Assembly (NCBI GenBank): GCA_002189035.1
Contig: NEEC01000004.1
Location: 434,001-498,000 of the forward strand
Length of the DNA stretch: 64,000 nt
Reading direction: 5' to 3'
Origin: Utricularia gibba
Taxonomy: Eukaryota; Plantae; Magnoliophyta
Positions within the stretch are counted from its first letter, which is position 1, and every line of letters begins with the position of its first letter. Of the stretch, positions 11,751 through 25,272 are shown one piece after another. Position numbers and translations under genes: made by a program. The notes under the pieces are model-generated. The model ran no database searches, was not told the DNA's origin, and saw only the letters and a program-made list of their open reading frames with translations.

Positions 11751-14521
11751 ATGGAGCACGACTTGATCACGGTGACAGCTCCTCTAAGTAACCTTCCTCA
11801 GATTCTCTTGTTTCTTGTCTGTTCGTTCGAACTGCCAACAAAACTAAGTTCGTTAATGGATTTGCAGTTTCTTCACATGGAGAAGAAGAAGATGCTGATG
11901 AAGTCTTCGAATCGGAAAACTCGCCCATCAGAGAAGTCGCCCTCACAGTTTCGACAGAAGATGATCCATCGCTTCCGGTTCTCACCTTCAGAATGTGGTT
12001 TCTTGGTACCGTCTCCTGCGTCCTCCTGTCCTTTCTCAACCAGTTCTTCTGGTACCGAAGGGAGCCCCTGTCCATCACCGCCATCTCCGCCCAGATAGCG
12101 GTGGTCCCGATCGGTCAGCTCATGGCCGCGACGATCACCGATCGTGTTTTCTTCCAAGGCACTAGATGGCAATTCACTCTCAACCCCGGACCCTTCAACG
12201 TCAAGGAACATGTTCTCATCACCATCTTCGCCAACTCCGGCGCTGGCACCGTTTACGCCATTCACGTCGTTACGGCGGTCAAAGTTTTCTACCAGAAGCA
12301 CCTCACCTTCTTCATCTCCCTCATCGTCGTCATCACGACTCAGGTTTGACAATATTCAACAAGATAAAAATAAATCCTTTTAATTTTCGTTGCATAATTA
12401 AATAATTTGTTAAAAGCATTAAAATCGGTTGTCCTTTTAGGAGTTAGTTCCCTGATAGATAAATCTTGAATGTGGACGGTAGGTGGGGATGATTCATTGA
12501 GTTTTGGGTTGCCTGGTAGGTGCTTGGCTTCGGATGGGCTGGCATTTTTAGAAGGTACCTTGTGGAGCCGGCAGCCATGTGGTGGCCGGCCAATCTGGTC
12601 CAAGTCTCACTATTCAGGTAACCGGCGAAATTTACTGAATCCAGTTCTGTAAGTTTCTTACAACGAATGTAACAGGGCATTGCACGAGAAAGACGAACGG
12701 AATCCCGGCGGAGTAACGCGGACACAGTTCTTTGTAATAGCGTTCATATGCAGCTTCGGATACTACATCTTCCCGGGCTACATTTTCCAGATGCTCACCT
12801 CTCTCTCATGGGTGTGCTGGGTTTTTCCCAAGTCGGTCTTAGCACAGCAGCTTGGCTCCGGGCTCAGGGGACTTGGGATTGGTGCCATTGGGCTCGATTG
12901 GTCCACTGTTTCTTCATACCTCGGTAGCCCTCTGGCTAGCCCCTGGTTCGCGACGGCTAATGTTGCTGCTGGGTTCTTCTTGGTGATGTACGTGGTGACT
13001 CCATTGAGCTACTGGCTCAATCTTTATGACGCAAAGAAGTTCCCCATATTCTCTGACGGACTCTTCACCTCCTCCGGAGAAACATACAACATTTCGAGCA
13101 TCGTGGATTCGAACTTCCACCTCGATATCGAGTCGTATGATCGCCAGGGCCGTCTCCATCTCAGCACATTCTTCGCCATGACTTATGGTGTTGGATTTGC
13201 GGCTCTAAGCGCCACCATCGTTCATGTGATCTTGTTTCATGGAAGGTATGGTAGCAGATGGTTGATTTGTGCGAGCTTATTTTTTCTGACATGTCACTCT
13301 GCAACTTCTTCATGGTAGGGAGATATGGGAGCAGAGCAAGTCTAGCTTCAAGGACAAAGGCATGGACATACACACAAGGTTGATGAGCCGTTACAACCAG
13401 GTGCCGGAGTGGTGGTTTTGGTGCATCATGGTGATCAACATCGCAGTCACCATCTTCGCCTGCGAATACTACAATGAACAGCTGCAACTCCCATGGTGGG
13501 GTGTTGTTCTCGCTTGCTTGATCGCGTTCGTCTTCACTCTCCCCATCGGAATCATCACCGCCATCACGAACCAGGTGACTCCATCTGCCACACACTACAA
13601 TTCTTAACAAGAGTACATGATCAAACCGGATATGAATCCTGTCAGCATTTTTTCTGGTAGACTCCAGGCTTGAACATCATCACTGAGTACATAATCGGAT
13701 ACATCTACCCGGGATACCCTGTCGCCAACATGTGCTTCAAGGTCTATGGATACATAAGTATGACACAAGCCATCACCTTCCTCCAAGACTTCAAGCTTGG
13801 ACACTACATGAAGATACCTCCCAGGACAATGTTCATGGCTCAGGCAAGGCTCCAATGAAATCTGAACAACATTTTATCCAATATCATGACAGCACACATC
13901 CAATCTCGTAATGTAGGTTGTGGGAACGTTGATCGCCGGAGTTGTTTATCTCGGAACGGCATGGTGGCTGATAGAAACCATCCCAGACATCTGCGACAAA
14001 GCGTCCGACGTTTGGACATGCCCCGGCGACCACGTATTCTACGACGCATCCGTCATATGGGGTCTAATAGGGCCACGGAAGATCTTCGGAGATCAGGGAA
14101 CGTACGGCAGTGTGAACTGGTTCTTCCTGGTGGGTGCAATAGCTCCACTGTTGGTGTGGCTGGCAACCAGAGCCTTCCCCACCCAGCAATGGATCCGCCT
14201 GATCAACATGCCCATTTTGATCGGCGCTTGCGGCAGCATGCCCCCAGCCACGGCAGTCAACTACACGACGTGGATCTTCGTCGGGTTCCTCTCCGGGTAC
14301 GTGGTTTACAATTACCGGCCGGATCTGTGGCAACGGCACAACTACGTTTTGTCCGGAGCTCTGGATGCCGGGCTCGCCTTCATGGGCGTCATGTTGTACA
14401 TGTGCTTGGGATCGGAGAACATCAGCATTGACTGGTGGGGAACGATCTCGACGGCTGCCCATTTGCATCGTGTCCGCAGCCCAGAGGCCTGTTGGGCGAC
14501 ACATGCCCGATCGTGTCTTGA
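11751..14521 (+). CDS. OPT: Oligopeptide transporter (OPT family, OPT7-like); apparent 1-nt frameshift near the C-terminus (14437-14440)
   Basis: [44 protein letters not shown]. Restoring one G gives [15 protein letters not shown]...CPIVS*. Confidence 0.94.
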
Positions 14522-15360
14522 ATAGGAAGGACCCTATGGGGGGCTATCGGACTTTGGGCTATGTATTTAATGGGGGATTAATTTCAATTTTTATGATGTA
14601 AATTATAATTTCTTTTCTTTTACTTTTTGGCTTTTGCGTGATTTATGATTAATTAAATAAGGTAGAAAGTAAAGTTGTGTTGTTCAACTACAAAAAATAT
14701 TAAAATTAATCAAAATGGATAAGGTCGACTGGTTTTTGGACCGGCTAGTATAGTCCAACCCAAACCGGTTCGGTCATTCGATTGTGATTTAATACAGAAA
14801 ATCATTTACGACAACGACACAACAGTTCGATGGGAAAGAACAAAAACAGTTCGAGGGGAAAGAGGGAGACGCATATTGCCGTCTGAGATGGGACGATGAT
14901 GACCTTTGGTTTTTCTGAGGGTTTCACATTGGGCTCTTTACTCAACTCCTAGCTTCCTTGTCGGGTAGGCTTCCTTGATTTTCCGGTGAGTGTGGTATTT
15001 CATGCGTTCTTTTTTCTTGGTTTCTCCACCACGTGCTGTTGTTGTTCATGATTTGGTACAAAGCTGCTAATAAATATGTGCAGAATTGCAAGTTGGAACC
15101 ACCAGAAACAAAACGAGTGGTTAACTTGCATTTTCCTCAAGATTTTAGTTTTACACCGAAGCTTGAGGGGAAATTCGCATCACGCAATAGAGGGAGGTGA
15201 TTGGAATCTGGAAAACTGGTTGTTTTCTGCGTAGATTCAGGTTTGGATGTTCAGTTAGTAGGAAACTGAGGTTTTGATAAATGGAATGCTTGCAGGTCCT
15301 ACGAAACAGGGGATACAGAGATTGTCAGAAGTGCGCATTGCCCATAAGGCGTTTGTCATA

Positions 15361-16684
15361 ATGGACGATCGATCAAAGAAGGTGGTACTCACCTCCGCCG
15401 GCGACGACATCTCTCTCAATATCGCTCGCCATTTAGTTGATCGGGGTTGCCGGTATTTTAACTCTTCCAACGCTTCCTGTGTAATCCAATACGCACTATT
15501 TCGTTAATCGGTTTTTTTTTTTTTTTTCAATTGTTGCCAAAGTTTGGTTTTAATGGGAAACGGGGAGGAAGTTCGAAGTTGGGTTGATAAGATCTCTGGT
15601 TCATTACGCGGTGCTGATTCAATTGAGGTTGTGGATATCGACATGGAGGAGGAAAAAGAAACCATATTTTCACAAGCAATGGAGAAGGCTAAGAGAATCT
15701 TGGGGAACTTGGATGCTTTTGTTAACTGCTATACATATGAAGGTTTGTTGTGCTGTTATTTGATTGGGTAGGATTCTCATTTGTTCTTCTATGCAGAGAT
15801 GGTTTTTACTCTTTGGTAATTCTTATGCTAGAGATCAGCTGCGTTGGGCACTTCATCCATTGACAACCATTTTTGGCATTTTATTGGAACCAGGAAACAT
15901 ACAAGATCCCCTATCTTTATCCGAGTACGAATTCAAAAAGGTTGTAAAAACCAACTTCATGGCTCCCTGGTATCTTCTGAAAGCTTTTGGGAAGATAGTG
16001 CGTGATCAGAAATCGGGTGGCTCTATTGTCCTCTTAACATCAATAATAGGAGCTGAAAGAGGATTGTATCAAGGGGCGGCAGCATATGGTGCATGTTTGG
16101 CTGGACAGCAGCAGCTAGTAAGGGTAAGTGTAAAATATTTTCATCCTATCCTATCCAACAGATTCAGCTTCATTCAGGCATTTCCCCTTCAACTACTACT
16201 AGAATGTGCAAAAGTTTTTAGAAAATCTGTGTTTGTTCTATTTATCTAAGGGTTTTATACCAATACATGTCTAGCTTTTTCAAGTACGAGGATCTCAGAA
16301 ATGAACTGAATGCATGAAACACACGCTTCCTTTTTCATTGTATTTGCCTATTATGAGCTGTGAGCTGCTTACCAATGAACCTACACTACATACATCAAAC
16401 TGCAGACTTGTGCATTAGAGCTTGGCAAGTATCAAATAAGGGTGAATGGAATAGCCCGAGGATTGCATCCTAACGACAAGTTTCCCACTTGGGCGGGGAA
16501 GGAGAGGACAATGAAGCTAGTGAAAGATGCAACACCATTGCATCGATGGCTCGACGTTGAAAATGACCTGGCTTCTACTGTGATCTATTTGATCAGTGAT
16601 GGCTCAAGGTACATGACCGGAACAACCATTTTTGTGGATGGTGGCCAGTCTCTGGTGAGGCCTAGGATGCGATCCTACATGTGA
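15361..16684 (+). CDS. Atypical short-chain dehydrogenase/reductase, probably peroxisomal (ends RSYM*), 4 exons
   Basis: Exons 15361-15452, 15543-15742, 15894-16123, 16406-16684. [31 protein letters not shown]. Confidence 0.88.
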
Positions 16685-17635
16685 TATTGCAATCCTGCTC
16701 GCTTGCTTCTCATAAGTTCAAGGCATTTGCACATCTACAGGGAAACTCAAGCCACTGGTGCGTGACTTTGAGTGTACCATATAATAAGACTTGTATGCAT
16801 TACCTTACCAATCCTGGTGATGCTTCGGTTTATGGGGTGGGGTACATCAACAGCCCTCCTTGTTGACTTATTGATTTATCATTTAGTGTGCGTTTCGCCG
16901 TTTGTCTAAAATTGATAAAATATAATTTACGGGTGAAATATATTTGATGGATAGATTTAAATATATTAAATAAATGTAAAATATTTAAATTGATTTTAAA
17001 TTAAAGTATCAATTTAATTTAAAACTTCTTATTATTCTATTAAATAAAATAGTTTTAAAATCAAGTTAAAAATATCTACCAAACATTTTTTTTATTTGAA
17101 TAATTGATTCATTAGTTTAGTTTGATGTGGTACAAATCATCATTAATTAAACAATATCGATAAATAAATATTTTTGGGCTATTCAATTTATTTTCACATT
17201 TTCTTTATTTAGAAAGGACATAGGTTAACCCCACAGACCGCATCGGTCTACTATTTTGACTCTACTAAAATAAAAACTAACTGCGTAGGGAACTGGTCTC
17301 CACGTCTTTATGGCTATAGATTCTTGATTGGATGAAGGCAATCAGTCGGTAACTTAAAGTCAACTCAACCAACTGTGGTATCTAAAAAGATCCGGTTTGG
17401 CTTTGATTATTCATAAAGATATTCCCACGATTTCTGTTGATCAGTTTTGCACCTTGATTATTTATATAGATGCCCTGCACGACTTGGTTGGAAATTTCAT
17501 TATCATTTTCGACTTCCCACACCCCCAGTCTTGCTCGGACTCCTTTCCTGCATCTTGCAAATATACCTATTCAGTTGCCAGTACGGCTTTAGGGGAAGAA
17601 AAAAAGAAATCGGAGCAATTTTGAGTGTCCAGTTG

Positions 17636-20600
17636 ATGAGGAATATCGAGTTTCTGTGTAAAGTTACAGTTTTTATTTTGAGTTTGTCGATATGGGTTGA
17701 TGGGTTTCTTGTTCTAGCACATTCTACTGTTGGAGACCAGCCTCTCTCCAAGATTTCAATCCATAGAGCCACGGTTGCTCTCACTGCTTCTGCTTCCATT
17801 AAAGCATCACCTCCTGTTATTGGAATCCAAGTATGGAACTTTTTTTTCCCATTAGATATGTTTCCCTTATCCAGCCTCAGGTTTCTGTTTGATTCTTTGG
17901 TATCTTGGCTCGAGTTAGCAAGTTGTTGCTAGTTAAAAGTTTGTATGATTTGGTACTGCTCACTGGAAAAACTAATGCGATGATGGGCCACTTGTATCAC
18001 AGGGTCAGAATAGTGATTTTGTGGAAGTGGAATTTGAAAACAGTGAACCCTCTAATGATGATTGGATTGCTGTATTTTCTCCAGCAAATTTCAAGTAATA
18101 TACTGCTCTTTGATTCTATACACACAACATATCGTAGAAAACGATTCCTATAATTTTTTTTGTTTCGTATGCTGGTTCCAGTTTTGAGAGTTTTCTGAAA
18201 AAATGTTTTTTTTTCATATGTTTAGTGGATCTGTTTGTGATGCTGAAAACTCTAGAGAAGCTCCTCCACTTATTTGCACTGCCCCAATAAAGGTATGTAG
18301 ATCCTAATGTGTAACTACAAGTGCTGGTTGCTTATAATCTTTCACAGTTAAAAACATTTTTTGTCATCTCAGTATAAGTTTGCCAACTTCTCGGATTCCA
18401 ACTACGGCAATGCTGGGAAAGGTTCAGTTCAGTTTCAGCTAATAAACCAGCGCGCAGATTTCTCATTCGCATTGTTTGGAGGTGGACTATCGAACGTATG
18501 ACAAGTTATTCTTTTCTTCACTTAACTCTCAATTACCAAATGTTTGACACACTTACTTTACTGGCCATATGTATTAGTACATATACACTTCCAAAGACCT
18601 GAGTCCACTTTCTGTCCTGAATGTGTATTGTTCTTTTCAGCCAAAGCTTTTGGCAGTGTCGAATTCCATATCATTTGCACATCCTAAAGCGCCAGTTTAT
18701 CCTCGCCTTGCACAAGGAAAGTCATGGAACGAGGTATGTTTTCTGTACTGGCTGTTCTTACCTATCATTGCTCAGAGCATCAATCGGTATGTTGCATCTC
18801 TTTGTAACTTTTCAGATGACTGTCACTTGGACAAGTGGATATAGCATCGATGAGGCTGTCCCTTTCGTCAGGTGGGGCGTGAAGGGTCTCATAACGATAG
18901 ACTCACCAGCAGGGACCTTGACCTTCAGTAGAAGAGACATGTGCGGTGAGATAGTTTTGTTGGTGTGTTCTTTTCGCGTGATAATTGTTCTAACGAAGGA
19001 TTTCTTGTAAACAGGAGCACCAGCACGGACAGTTGGATGGCGTGATCCTGGATTTATACACACAGCCTTCCTTAAGGAGTTGTGGCCAAACACCATGTAT
19101 TTTCAAAAACAATGGCACATCTAAAATAACTTAAGCCACAAATATAGTCTATATCATCAGCCGTAATGTCCTTTCCTTTTTCCCTCCAGATATACCTACA
19201 AAATGGGGCACTTGTTAGGTAATGGATCTTATGTTTGGAGCGAGGAATACTCTTTCAGATCATCCCCATACCCTGGACAAGAGTCGGTGCAACGAGTTAT
19301 TATATTTGGAGATATGGGAAAGGTGGTGAACCCCGTTTTTCACATGTGCTTCACTTGTCCTTTTTTTTTTGGGGTTCAAGATGCAAGGAAATGAGGATGA
19401 GAAGTATATGACTAGCCCTTCTGATGAATCACCTTTCAATGGAACTGAAATATAAACTATGTCCATTTTCAGGGGGAGCGTGATGGGTCAAATGAGTTCA
19501 ACAATTACCAACCTGGATCACTGAATACCACAGACCAGCTCATAAAAGACCTGAAGAACATTGACATAGTTTTCCACATTGGAGACATCTGTTATGCAAA
19601 TGGATACATTTCTCAATGGGACCAGTTTACTGCACAGGTGGAGCCTATAGCTTCAGCTGTTCCTTACATGATTGGGAGGTCTGTTTCATGGTTACTTTTC
19701 TTAAAGGAAACTGCTTTCTAGGTATGTGTAAGTAACCTCATATTTCTTTCACAGTGGTAATCATGAGCGTGATTGGCCTGGAACTGGGTCCTTTTACAAC
19801 GGTTTGGATTCTGGTGGCGAGTGTGGTGTGCTTGCTGAGACCATGTTCTACACTCCTGCAGAGAACAGGGCCAAGTTCTGGTATCTCAATCTTCCACACT
19901 TATCTTCCTTCATTACATGGAGTTTTTGCTTTTATAGCATCATGTTGGATACCACACACCTGAAACTTGCCTCCATATTTCCCTTCAGGTACTCAACAGA
20001 CTATGGCTTGTTTCACTTCTGCATCGCAGATAGTGAGCACGACTGGAGAGAAGGGACAGAACAGTACAGGTTCATTGAAAAATGTCTAGCATCGGCTGAT
20101 CGGCAGAAACAACCGTGGCTCATATTCGCAGCTCATCGAGTTCTTGGCTACTCTTCAGACCTGTATTATGGCTTAGAAGGTTCATTTGAAGAACCCATGG
20201 GAAGAGAAAGCCTGCAGAAGCTTTGGCAGAGGTACAAAGTAGACATTGCCTTCTACGGTCATGTTCATAACTATGAGAGAAGCTGCCCAATTTATCAGGT
20301 ACAGAAACATCCATGTTTTCCTTTACTGCAACCATCTATCTCTACTTGGGCTTCTCTGAAGCTTCTACCTGCGTTTTCCACAGAATCAGTGTGTCAACTC
20401 TGAAACATCCCATTACTCCGGTACTGTGAACGGAACAATACATGTGGTTGCTGGAGGAGGAGGAGCACATTTGTCAGCATACAGTTCAGTTAACACGAGC
20501 TGGAGCCTTTACAAGGACTATGACTTCGGATTTGTTAAGCTTACAGCATTCAACCGCTCCTCCCTTCTGTTCGAGTACAAGAAGAGCAGAGATGGAGTGG

Positions 20601-20689
20601 TTTATGATTCTTTTACAATCTCCAGAGACTACAGAGATGTTCTTGCCTGTGTGCATGATGGTTGTGAAGCAACCACACTGGCAACCTGA
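17636..20689 (+). CDS. Purple acid phosphatase, large nucleotide pyrophosphatase/phosphodiesterase type, with signal peptide
   Basis: GDQPLSKISIH, FGDMGK, HIGDICYANG, GNHERDW, FAAHRVLGY, YGHVHNYER, HVVAGGGG, CVHDGCEATTLAT*. Confidence 0.94.
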
Positions 20690-21119
20690 ACTCGTTGCCT
20701 GCTCAGCCGTTTCTGTGCTGAATAACAAGTCTATTGGATTTGCGCTCATGCTTCTTCTCCCTTTTTGCTTTCCACTAACATCATAACCAGACGAAGCATA
20801 TGGCCCCAGAGATTATACAACACTGATCTGGAAACTATGAGATTTCAATAGAAACTTGGGATGTGAATTTTGAACCGGGAATAATTTTAGGCTGTTGGTT
20901 CGTAAAATATAAATTATCTGAAAATAAATTGTTTTTTTTAAGTTTTTATAACTTTTTTAAGGAAAATATCATCTAAATTAAAAATGAGAAAAAAAATACA
21001 CATATAATATGCCTGAGGTCTACAGTGGTAAGGAATTATGTTATGGGGGAGAGATACGACAGCGACGGGGATGGAAAGAACTAAAAATATTGCAGGAATC
21101 GAAGTAATAGCAATGGAAA

Positions 21120-21777
21120 TTACAACGGGACGAGATCGGCTTTAGCAGATGCCGCCGCGTTTTTGCTACCGGAGAGTGTCCACTGGTCGGAGACGGCGGG
21201 TGTGGCCGACCCACTTCCGCACTTGGCCACTGTTCGTACACTCTCGATGAGGGTTTCCGTCTTCCCATCTTCGGAAAGAATCTCAAGCAGCTGCTCGGGG
21301 CAAATCACCAGTTTCACCTGCCAGAAACCGCTACCCGCTTTCGGATCCGCGGCCTGCTCCGGCGATCTCTTGGCGAGCCCACGGCTGTGGAACGACATCC
21401 TGTATTGAGACATCTGCGGCGGCTCGCTCCTCGACCGTACATGGCCGGCGGTTCCGGGTACCCCCTTCGGATGATCTTGTTCCCCTGACCGGAACACCAG
21501 TTCAGAAACAAACAACTATATTCCCATAAAACAACACGTGCATACCTCTGAGGGGTAACAGATGGTAGAGCTCGCCGGGAACGAGGATTTCCTTATGGGG
21601 AAGCGCCTTCCGGAACAGATCGTGGCTGCGGAAAATCCCGTGGCCGGGGAACTCATCGGCGATGGACTCAACGGTGATAGGTGGACGGAATTCCATGACC
21701 CCACCGTGTGGAGTAGCGACACGAACGAGGGATCGGTTCCGGGTGTCTCCGCTTCCCCCAACGAAGCAATTCCCCAT
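21120..21777 (-). CDS. PADRE (DUF4228) domain protein, 2 exons
   Basis: MGNC N-terminus (myristoylation/palmitoylation-like), VRVATPHGGVMEF, LVPGELYHLLP; second exon has WQVKLVICPEQLLEIL. Confidence 0.85.
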
Positions 21778-24700
21778 CTCTCGACAAACCAGAAACGAGG
21801 AGGAGAAGAAGGAGAAGAAGAAGAATAGAAAGCAAAGAAACGGTGGAATTTATCGCCGGTATTTTCTTGTTTTGGAGGGTGATTTAAATAAAGCGGGGGG
21901 CATTAAAGGAAGACGCGCATGGGCGTGTCCGTGTCCGTGTCCGCACCCTTCGCTTTCGTTCCTTGAAAACTTAACGACTCCTCCAGTCCCCTAAACCCCA
22001 TTTACCACCACATCCTCACTCATCATTGTCCTTCACTTAAACACCACATAACAAACTTAGCTAAAAGACAACACTTTCATCTGAAAAACTGCATTTTTTA
22101 AAAAATATATCAAATTTAATTGGAATTAAAAGTGGTTCATTTTCAGCCCTACACGTCTGGGCTGGATGATCAAGTGATTAGTCGTCATTGATGACCACGA
22201 AAACACCCAAATCATAAATGTGTGTGTGTGTGATGATACTGATGACGTCACATCATGAGAGGCTGGGAAAAAGGAAGGAATTCCAGATCTCGCGCAATCC
22301 ACTTTTTAGCCTTAGTCATTAATGATTGGATTTAGCAGCCAACTCATCTCTTACATCCCATGTTTTCTTTTTAATTTTATTTATGAAGCACTGTCTGAAG
22401 CTCGACCATCGGAGGCCGGACATGGGAAGAGTGACTAGTGCTTATTTACGCTGTGAAATCCGTTTCTGTAAACTGAGGATGAAGGAACATCAGCACAAAA
22501 AGTAAGAATGAGAGAGGCCACATGGGACGAAAGTAGAAGAAGAAGAAGAAGAAGAAGAAGAAGGGAAGGCAGCGCACCCCACCAGAAGGACTGCATGAAT
22601 GGAATAGTGATCCTGTGTTAGTCTCCAAAAGGAATGCACCACCTTACTTTTAATGATGTGTCTCGGTGAAGCAACCCTATGGGGGGAATTGAAGTTGAGG
22701 GCGATTGCATGAGCTGGACCCGCCCGACCCATAAACATATTGATGCGACCCTGCGAGTGGGAATACGAGACTAACTGTACGAGGTTTGGCTCATGCAGCA
22801 GCCTGAACCCAAGAGGGCGGCTCAGTTTTGGAGACGGATGGAACGGAACTGTGTGTTTGGGTTCCGGGGTTTAGTGATCGGAAAGGGGGAAAAGGAAGTG
22901 GTGTTTGTGGATAACAAGGGTTTTGTCTGTGTGCATTACAACAGAATGTGGTTGTGGTCTGGACAGTCAAAGTGGGAAAGAAAATAAAGAAGCCCGGGGA
23001 CCCTTTTGCTTTTGTGTGTTGGTCCACAGCGTGTCTCTAAAGTGAACCACGAGACCCCCCCACACACACACACGTAGACACACCAACATAAAACCGCACT
23101 TTCATGCGCATCTAATTGTTCCCTTCCCAATCATCCAACCGCCATCCCCCAACCATTTCACCTAGCTTCACTTCCCCCACAAAGCCTACGGACCCATTCT
23201 GTCATTCATGCGACCAACACAGCCCAGCAGCACTCCCAAGGACGACAGGCTGATGGAGTTCCCCCAGCAGCGAGCAAATGAGTTTTAGGGGATTACCAGT
23301 TTGCGGGGTGTTGGAGAATCGGGCGGATTAGTGTCGAGTGCTGGTTCCGGGGAAGCCACCCCAGCGAGGTCCCCATCCTACCCGATCAACAGGATGCCGG
23401 ACCTCCCTCTGCGGTGGTTCCTCGGATTAGTCGAAAATAATTTGGCTGCTCGGTTTTGGACATGGATTTAAATCATCCATTCTTACTTAATCTGCCCATT
23501 CGTAGGATCCAGATTCATGCATACCCAGTGCACAAGGTATTCCATCAAGAAATCACAGCCCGCGTTTGCCCTAACATCCATCCAGTCATCGCTTCACCCA
23601 ATCCGAGATAGCGGGGGAGGGAGTGCTGTCAGGAAACCCAAAGAACACCTACGGGCAGGCGCAAGTGGGAACGCACGAAGCCAAATTCGGAGGCAGCAAA
23701 GGACACACGCACAAGTGCTGGTGGTAGTCATCATTTTAATTCATTTAATAAATGAATCTATATTTCATTATGAATGTAAATTTAAATACAAAAAAATGAT
23801 TAGATATCTAAGCATTAATATTAAATATCATTTTTTTACTAAATGCGAGATTAAAAAATATATAAGTTAACTTTTAATGTTCTATCAAACTTTTAAAACA
23901 AATAATATCACATAGTAAATTCTAGTGCAAAGTTAAAATGTGTATAATAGATTATGAATCATTAATAATCGATTAAAATTAGTATTTTTTAATATAATCT
24001 ATGCATACTTTTATATACATGTTATCACATCTATTGTATGTTTAATTTCAATATACATGTAGTCTAAAAATGAACTATGCTTTGATTCTACTGCTTTAAA
24101 AAAATCACTATTGGATTAGATTCAACTACAACACATAACTAAAGAGTAAAATAAATGGATTCATTCACTTTCCTTAAAACAATAATTTCTACTTTTTCTA
24201 AATATTATAATTAAATCAACCGCATGATTATTAAACCGGGTTTGAAACATGATGTCATGTGTCACGTCGCAAATAAGTTAAATTCCAATAAAACCAGTTG
24301 GCAGGAGCGCGACCCCAACCTAATTCAATTCCATTATTCATAATAATTGGCATGGCTCACCGGGTCGGGTGTGTCTCGTCACCCATCTCCATTAATTCCC
24401 TGGGACCACTCCCCTTCCCTGCAGCCCCTTGGCTGCAAATACATTACATTTCTCTCCCTACCACGACCCATAATAATAGGCTTCCCTTCCTAATCATCAT
24501 GCTGCATGTGCTGCTAACCCTAATATAATAATCACGTGTGGATGATGATGATGATTAACGGAATATTTGATTTGGGACGCGCGGGCCCCATTTTAACACC
24601 GTGGTCGCCCTTTCTTTTCGTTTTCGACCTACTTGCAGATTTTATGCTGTCACTTTTTTTATTATTATTTTTTACTGAGGTCGGTGGTACATTCAAGTAG

Positions 24701-25272
24701 CCCTATGTTCGTTTTTTTTACCCCCTGTGGTGCCTGGGGTAAAATCTGAGTAAAACATCAGGTCCACCTCTAAATTCAGTGAGCCGAAAACTACTCTTCC
24801 TCCCAAAACTGGATGCTGGAGCTGCGCGGATTGGGTTCAGACTTGGGCAGATTGGATTCCATTCAAATTTACATTTTTTTTTATAAAAAAGTGAATATAT
24901 TAAATTCCGATAATTATTTTTATATTATTATATTTTATGAGAAATATAATTAACGCTAATAAGCGTAATTCAATTTATGGTAAAAAAATGTTCAATTTAA
25001 ACTTCTATGGTAAATAAAGTTTATTAAAAATGAAATATTACTGAATGCTATGGAAATGGCATGTTTCATGTTTATTTATTTAATGGTGGTAAAAGTTAAA
25101 GCAGATGCGAATTCCGGACATGGCCTCACTGGCTTTGTTACTGTTGGGTTGTGGTATGTTCCACCACCACCGGCAGGGGGTCGGATCTGCATCGGCGTCT
25201 AATTTCCAGTGGCTATAACTGTCCTCAACCTACTCGATTTCTCTGATTGCGGGAGATCGGGAGCGAGTGCCG

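Noticed and set aside
11873-14504. Antisense and alternative ORFs over OPT
   Set aside because: Shadows of GC-rich coding exons with no recognisable domains.
16940-17090. AT-rich block with a weak ~25-bp inverted similarity (possible MITE relic)
   Set aside because: Low complexity, no clear termini or TSD. Other AT-rich blocks (7700-8040, 23740-24240, 41400-42260) also showed no TIRs.
22659-24378. Three TGTCTC auxin-response hexamers between PADRE and XTH8
   Set aside because: Close to chance expectation for a hexamer over about 3.5 kb on two strands.
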